A stretch of DNA of 64,000 nt from an uncultured Candidatus Binatia bacterium. Its GTDB lineage: Bacteria; Desulfobacterota; Binatia; UBA9968; JAJDTQ01. A program made the position numbers and the translations under genes. The notes beneath the pieces were generated by a model that searched no databases, was not told the origin of the DNA, and was given only the letters and a program-made list of their open reading frames with translations. The stretch covers positions 736,001 through 800,000 of the forward strand of contig OZ219754.1 of NCBI GenBank assembly GCA_964291295.2. The letters are read 5' to 3'. Below, piece by piece: positions 59,046-64,000 of the stretch (positions are counted from its first letter, which is position 1; each line of letters starts with the position of its first letter).

Positions 59046-59167
59046 GGGAAAGTTCTGAACAGCCGGGCTGAACAGCCCCGCGTTGGCAGGGGCTGAATCA
59101 ATGGAATCAAGCTCGCGCGGTTCAAACTCGCGCCACGGTCGCGCCACGGCCTTGTTCAACCCTTCCC
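59046..59167 (-). mobile_element. IS5-like MITE, copy D (reverse orientation)
   Basis: Reverse complement reads GGGAAGGGTTGAACAAGGCCGTGGCGCGAC...TTGATTCCATTGATTCAGCCCC...TGTTCAGAACTTTCCC. Confidence 0.75.
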
Positions 59168-59321
59168 GGGTGGTGTGTCTTCGCAATGGCTTTACCGTGC
59201 CGGCGCTGGCCGCCAAGGCTGCGAAAACCCCTGCGAGAACCGCAATTCCAGGCACTTGCCGAGGGCCGCCCCGTCAAGGCCCACGGAAGCTGAACCGAAA
59301 AACCGTTACCGGGGCATGCCG

Positions 59322-61619
59322 TCAGCCGGTGCGCTTCCCCGCCTGCATCCGCTGCCATATCTTGGGCGGCGACAGCGGCAGGTCGCAGATGCGGACGCCC
59401 ACGGCATCCTCCACGGCCGCGGCAATGGCGGACGCGGCCGGCAGCACGCCGCCTTCACCCATGCCCTTGGCACCGAAGGGGCCGGGGCCGTTGCCGCTCT
59501 CCACCAGCTCGGAGATGAAGTGTTGCGGCAAATCGTGAAACGCCGGCACGCGGTAGTCGATCAGGTTCGGGTTCAGCAGCTGGCCGTCCTCGTACACCAT
59601 GTCTTCCAGCAGCGTGTGCCCGATGGCGAAGACCACGCCGCCCTCATCCTGGCCCTCGCACTGCAACGGGTTGATGGCACGTCCCACATCGGCCAGGGAC
59701 ACGTACCTGAGAATGCGGACCACCCCGGTCTCCGGGTCCACCTCCAGCTCGACGCCGCCCCAGCCCACCTCCCAGAAAGTGGTGGGGGAACCCAGCACCG
59801 CGGTCTTGCTCTTTTTGTCCTGGTACAAACCGCGGCCGACGATCTCGGTGGCGGAACTGCCGAAGTATCCGGCGATGACATCGCCGTACGGCACCCCGCG
59901 CCCCCTGGCACCGCGCACCCGGCCCGCCCTGAGCACGAGGTCGGCGGCCTTTTCGCCCATGACCTTGGCCGCGGCCTTGAGCAACTGTTTCTTCACGTCC
60001 CGGGCGGCCCGCTGGGTGGCGAGGCCCATGACCGTCATGGAGCTGCTGGCGCTGGTGGAGACGTCGAAGGGGGTGACGTCGGTATCCAGTTGGGCCACGG
60101 ACACCTGCTCGAGGGTGAGGCCCAGTTCTTCCGCCACCACCTGGCTCAGCGCGGTGCGGCATCCCTGCCCCACCTCCACGGTGCCGGCAAGCAGCACGGC
60201 GCTGCCGTCGGAAGACATCTTCACGGTGGCGCCGGCCACCTTGTAGGTGCCGCCGGCATCCTTCAGGCACACGCTCAGTCCCTTGCCCACATTGGGCGCG
60301 GAGGGCTTCTTCCAGTCCAGCGCCCGGGCCACCTTGCGCAGCCCCTGCTTCAGGTCGCAGTCCACCGGGGTATCGCCCGGGGTGTAGGCCTCGCCCTTCT
60401 CCAGCAGGTTCTTGAGTCGGAAGTCCAGCGGGTCCATGCCAAGCCGCCGGGCGATCATGTCCATCTGCGACTCGTAGGCCCAGGCCACCTGCACCGCGCC
60501 GAAGCCCCGGAACGCTCCCGCCGGCACCGTGTTGGTGTAGACGCCGTGGGCGTCGATCTTCACATTGGCGACGCGGTACGGACCCACCGCGCGGTAGCCG
60601 GCCTTCTGGGTCACACGGGGTCCGGCGTCCGCGTAGGCGCCGGTGTCCATGTAGATTTCCAGTTCCCGGGCGACCAGCGCGCCCTTCCTGCTGACGCCGG
60701 TCTTGATGCGGATGCGCGCCGGATGGCGCGTGACGGTCTTGAAGCTCTCGTTGGCGCTCATGGCCAGCTTGACCGGGCGGCGGTTCCGCACCGACAGCGC
60801 CGCCGCAATCGGATCGGCCTTGACGTAGAGCTTGCCGCCGTAGCCCCCGCCGACGTAGGGCACCACCACCCGCACGCGGTTCAGCGGCAGATGAAAGATC
60901 TCCGCCAGGTGACCGCGCAGCGTGAACGGATCCTGGCACGAACTCCACATCGTCAGGCGCTCGCCGTCGTGGAAGGCGACGCAGATGTGCGGCTCGAGCG
61001 AGTAGTGCTGCACCCTGGAGAAGCGAAAGACATCCTCGAAGACATGGTCGGACCTGGCGAAGCCGTCCTCCACATCACCCCGGGCATAACCGAAGTGGTA
61101 GCACACGTTGGTGCCCTTGAAGCGCGCCGGCGCGCCGTATTTCGAGCCCCGCAACTCGGCCTTGGCCACGTCGCCCTCGTGCACCTGCGGCGCCCCCGGC
61201 GCCAGGGCGTCGTCCACGTTGTCCACGAACGGCAACTCCTCGTACTCCACATCGATGAGCGCCAAGGCCTCCTCGGCCACCCGTTCGTCCGTGGACAGCG
61301 CCGCAGCCACCGGGTCGCCGACATAGCGGACCTTGTCCACCGCCACCACGGACTGATCCTTGTAGGTGGCGCCGTACCGGTAGTTGAGGCCGGCGAGCTC
61401 GTCCCGGGTCAGCACATCGATGACCCCGGGCAGCGCCCTCGCCCGGCTCGCGTCGACGCTGGCGATCCGGGCATGGGGCAACGGGCTTCTCAGGATCCTG
61501 GCATGCGCCATCCCCGGAAGCTCCAGGTCTCCGGTGTAGAACGCCTTGCCCGAAACCTTCTCCACCCCGTCGACGCGCAGCGCGTCGCGTCCGGCCACCG
61601 ACAGTCTCTGCTTTTTCAT
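59322..61619 (-). CDS. Xanthine dehydrogenase family molybdopterin-binding subunit
   Basis: KVSG.A.Y, RSPLPHA, GGGYGGK, AFRGFG, EVGQG, GAKGMGE. Confidence 0.93.
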   Translation of the reverse strand: MKKQRLSVAGRDALRVDGVEKVSGKAFYTGDLELPGMAHARILRSPLPHARIASVDASRARALPGVIDVLTRDELAGLNYRYGATYKDQSVVAVDKVRYVGDPVAAALSTDERVAEEALALIDVEYEELPFVDNVDDALAPGAPQVHEGDVAKAELRGSKYGAPARFKGTNVCYHFGYARGDVEDGFARSDHVFEDVFRFSRVQHYSLEPHICVAFHDGERLTMWSSCQDPFTLRGHLAEIFHLPLNRVRVVVPYVGGGYGGKLYVKADPIAAALSVRNRRPVKLAMSANESFKTVTRHPARIRIKTGVSRKGALVARELEIYMDTGAYADAGPRVTQKAGYRAVGPYRVANVKIDAHGVYTNTVPAGAFRGFGAVQVAWAYESQMDMIARRLGMDPLDFRLKNLLEKGEAYTPGDTPVDCDLKQGLRKVARALDWKKPSAPNVGKGLSVCLKDAGGTYKVAGATVKMSSDGSAVLLAGTVEVGQGCRTALSQVVAEELGLTLEQVSVAQLDTDVTPFDVSTSASSSMTVMGLATQRAARDVKKQLLKAAAKVMGEKAADLVLRAGRVRGARGRGVPYGDVIAGYFGSSATEIVGRGLYQDKKSKTAVLGSPTTFWEVGWGGVELEVDPETGVVRILRYVSLADVGRAINPLQCEGQDEGGVVFAIGHTLLEDMVYEDGQLLNPNLIDYRVPAFHDLPQHFISELVESGNGPGPFGAKGMGEGGVLPAASAIAAAVEDAVGVRICDLPLSPPKIWQRMQAGKRTG

Positions 61620-61740
61620 GGCGTCTCCGAAGCCGGCACCTGCAAGGCGGCCGCGGCGATGATGCGGCGGGCGGCGGGCCTTCGGGCGGCGGGCGGCAAC
61701 GGGATGATCCCGGCACTGGACGGCTGAAGTGCGGTGGCGG

Positions 61741-62088
61741 TCATGGATTCGTCTCCCCCGGGGCTTGACCGGGCCAGGGCCGCCCCCTGGTTTCCGTCAG
61801 CAAGGCTTCGAGAACGCGGCCGTGTTGTTCCAGCGCGACGCCCTGCTGTTCCAGCGCACGGCCCTGTCGTTCCAGCGCGACGCCCTGTCGTTCCATGCCC
61901 TGGACCACGGACCGCAGCGCGGTCATGGCTTCGGTGTGGCGGGCCGTCTCGCGCACCTCGCGCTGGTCTCCGGCCCGGCGCATCTGCTGGAGGCCCCGCC
62001 AGACGAGGAGGACGCCGATGGCTCCGATGGCGAGCTGACCTGCGCCGACCGCGAGATGACCGGCCGCGAACCATTCCATCAGCGTCAT
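61741..62088 (-). CDS. Small membrane-anchored protein with heptad repeats
   Basis: N-terminal TM segment; (M/L)E(R/Q)QG(V/R)A x4 encoded by 21-bp repeats at ~61810-61900; GGAAGGAAG RBS. Confidence 0.7.
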   Translation of the reverse strand: MTLMEWFAAGHLAVGAGQLAIGAIGVLLVWRGLQQMRRAGDQREVRETARHTEAMTALRSVVQGMERQGVALERQGRALEQQGVALEQHGRVLEALLTETRGRPWPGQAPGETNP

Positions 62089-62342
62089 GGCGTCTTCCTT
62101 CCCTCAGCCTGCAGGCGGCCCCACGCGCCGATGGGAGAGCGTTGCGGCTTCGCGGCTGTCCTGAACGACTGTCATGCACCCTTCTTATCGGAAGTTCCGA
62201 GGACCGGCAATGCGGACCCGGAGTCCACCCCGCCTCGACGCGATACCGCCGGACCAAGCCGCAGCGCATCCGGTCCGCACACCGTCCCGAGGGTCCCAGG
62301 GGGCCTCGACAACGGCCGAACCGTTTCCGCACCGGCACGACC

Positions 62343-64000
62343 TCAACAGGGCGGGCGGCGCGCCGATTCCTCCCTCAGGGTCTCCAGTTCGGCCCAGCGC
62401 TCCACGGTATCGTTCAAGGTCGCCTTGGCGGCCGTGAGCTCGTCAAGGACGGGCTGGACCGCGGCGAAGGGCTGTGCGTAGAAATCCGGCTGCCGGATCT
62501 TCTCTTCCAGTGCGGCAACGGCCTGTTCCATGGCCTCGATGCGTTCCGGCAACTGGTCGAGTTCCCGTTGCAGCTTGTAGCCGAGCCTGGCGGGACGGGA
62601 CTTCGATTCCCGCCGGTTCCGCCCGGGCTCCCGCGCACCCTGGCGGCCGGGGTCGTCGGTGACGGCCAGGGCCGCGCCGCGCCGGAGCCAGTCGCTGTAG
62701 CCGCCGGCATGGCGCCGGACCAGACCGGTGTCCTCGAACACCAGCGTGCTGGTCACGCAGTTGTCGAGGAAGCTCCGGTCGTGGCTCACCACCAGCAGCG
62801 TGCCCCGGTACGCCGCGAGCTGCTCCTCCAGCACTTCCAGCGTTTCGATGTCGAGGTCGTTGGTGGGCTCGTCCAGCACCAGCAGATTGGCCGGCTGCGT
62901 GAGCAGCCGGGCCAGGATGACACGGTTGCACTCGCCGCCAGACAGTGCCGCCACCGGGCTCAGGGCGCGTTTGGGGTTGAAGAGAAAGCCCTTGAGATAG
63001 CCCACCACATGGCGCGCCTTGCCGTTGACGAACACGTGGTCGCGCCCGTCCGCCACGGTCTCGGCCACGGTCCGTTCGGGGTCGAGCTCGCGCCGCAACT
63101 GGTCGAAGTAACCGATCTCAAGATTGGCGCCCAACTCCACGGTCCCGGAATTTGGCGTGATCTCGCCCACCAGCAGGCGCAACAGCGTACTCTTGCCCAC
63201 ACCGTTGTTGCCGATGAGGCCGATGCGTTCGCCGCGCATGATGCGCAGCGACAGGTTCCGGACCAGCGGCTCGCCGCCGTAGCCGTGGGTCACGTTGCGG
63301 AGCTCCACCACCTTGCGGCCCGACGGCTCCCCGTGCTGCACATGGATGCGCGCCTGACTCAAGGGCTTGAGCCGCCGCGCAGCCTGTTCCCGCATGGCCA
63401 TGAGGGCGCGCACCCGGCCTTCGTTGCGCGTGCGGCGGGCCTTGATGCCCTGCCGGATCCACGCCTCCTCCTGCCCCAGCCGCTTGTCGAACAGAGCGTC
63501 GCGGCGGGCGTCTTCCGCCAGGGACTTCTCCTTGAGGCCCAGATAGTTGTCGTAACTTCCGGGCCAGCTCACGAGGCGGGTGCGGTCCAGTTCCACGATA
63601 CGGGTGGCAAGGCGCTGCAGGAAGGCGCGGTCGTGGGTGACGAACAGCACGCTGCCGGCGTAGTGACAGATTCGATCTTCGAGCCACTGGATGGTGTTCA
63701 GGTCGAGATGGTTGGTGGGCTCGTCGAGCAGCAGCAAGTCGGCGTTTCCGACGATGGCGCGGGCCAGCCCGACCCGCCGCTGCCAACCGCCGGACAGCTC
63801 AGCCAGCCGCCGGTCGGCCGGAAGGTCCAGTTCGCTCAGCACCGTCTCCACCCGCTGGTCCACGTGCCAGCCGCCGTGAGCGTCGATTTCCCGGTGCATC
63901 GCTTCCAGCTCCAGGAGTCCCTTGCGGTCCAGGGCTTCCCGGGATTGCCGCTGGTAGCGGTGGATGAGCGCCTGCAGGTCGGCCAGGCCGGTGGTGACGT
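62343..64000 (-). CDS. uup: ABC-F ATPase Uup (5' end outside the window)
   Basis: LSGGW, DEPTNHLD, WIRQGIKARRTRNEGRVRAL, GNNGVGKS, C-terminal LGYKLQRELDQLP. Confidence 0.93.
   Translation of the reverse strand, partial: VTTGLADLQALIHRYQRQSREALDRKGLLELEAMHREIDAHGGWHVDQRVETVLSELDLPADRRLAELSGGWQRRVGLARAIVGNADLLLLDEPTNHLDLNTIQWLEDRICHYAGSVLFVTHDRAFLQRLATRIVELDRTRLVSWPGSYDNYLGLKEKSLAEDARRDALFDKRLGQEEAWIRQGIKARRTRNEGRVRALMAMREQAARRLKPLSQARIHVQHGEPSGRKVVELRNVTHGYGGEPLVRNLSLRIMRGERIGLIGNNGVGKSTLLRLLVGEITPNSGTVELGANLEIGYFDQLRRELDPERTVAETVADGRDHVFVNGKARHVVGYLKGFLFNPKRALSPVAALSGGECNRVILARLLTQPANLLVLDEPTNDLDIETLEVLEEQLAAYRGTLLVVSHDRSFLDNCVTSTLVFEDTGLVRRHAGGYSDWLRRGAALAVTDDPGRQGAREPGRNRRESKSRPARLGYKLQRELDQLPERIEAMEQAVAALEEKIRQPDFYAQPFAAVQPVLDELTAAKATLNDTVERWAELETLREESARRPPC

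Overview
GC-rich bacterial window. Most of it is catabolic and housekeeping genes: six amidohydrolase paralogues, crotonases, a CoA-transferase, TctABC, lnt, rnd, uup and a xanthine dehydrogenase-type subunit. This content suggests a Binatia/'Deltaproteobacteria'-like, possibly sponge-associated, organism (inference only). Two accessory regions stand out. (1) Positions 1-7.8 kb form a defence hot-spot: a Type ISP-like nuclease-helicase-methyltransferase gene broken by a G19 tract, an Rpn nuclease with a probable intragenic antitoxin start bracketed by inverted IS630 remnants, and a cI-like repressor divergent from a small ORF. (2) Positions ~34.7-43.06 kb form a compositionally distinct 7-gene island: DndA-like cysteine desulfurase, DndC, DUF262/DUF1524 (SspE/GmrSD-like), a minimal SNF2 ATPase, ParB, a ParB-like protein lacking its CTPase domain, and a beta-CASP nuclease. 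It has no dndB/D/E, sspB/C or parA. This island is the best candidate for an undescribed DNA-phosphorothioation-linked defence system. The window also holds four copies of an IS5-like MITE and several decaying genes. No rRNA, tRNA or CRISPR array was seen. All family calls come from motif recognition by eye, not database searches.
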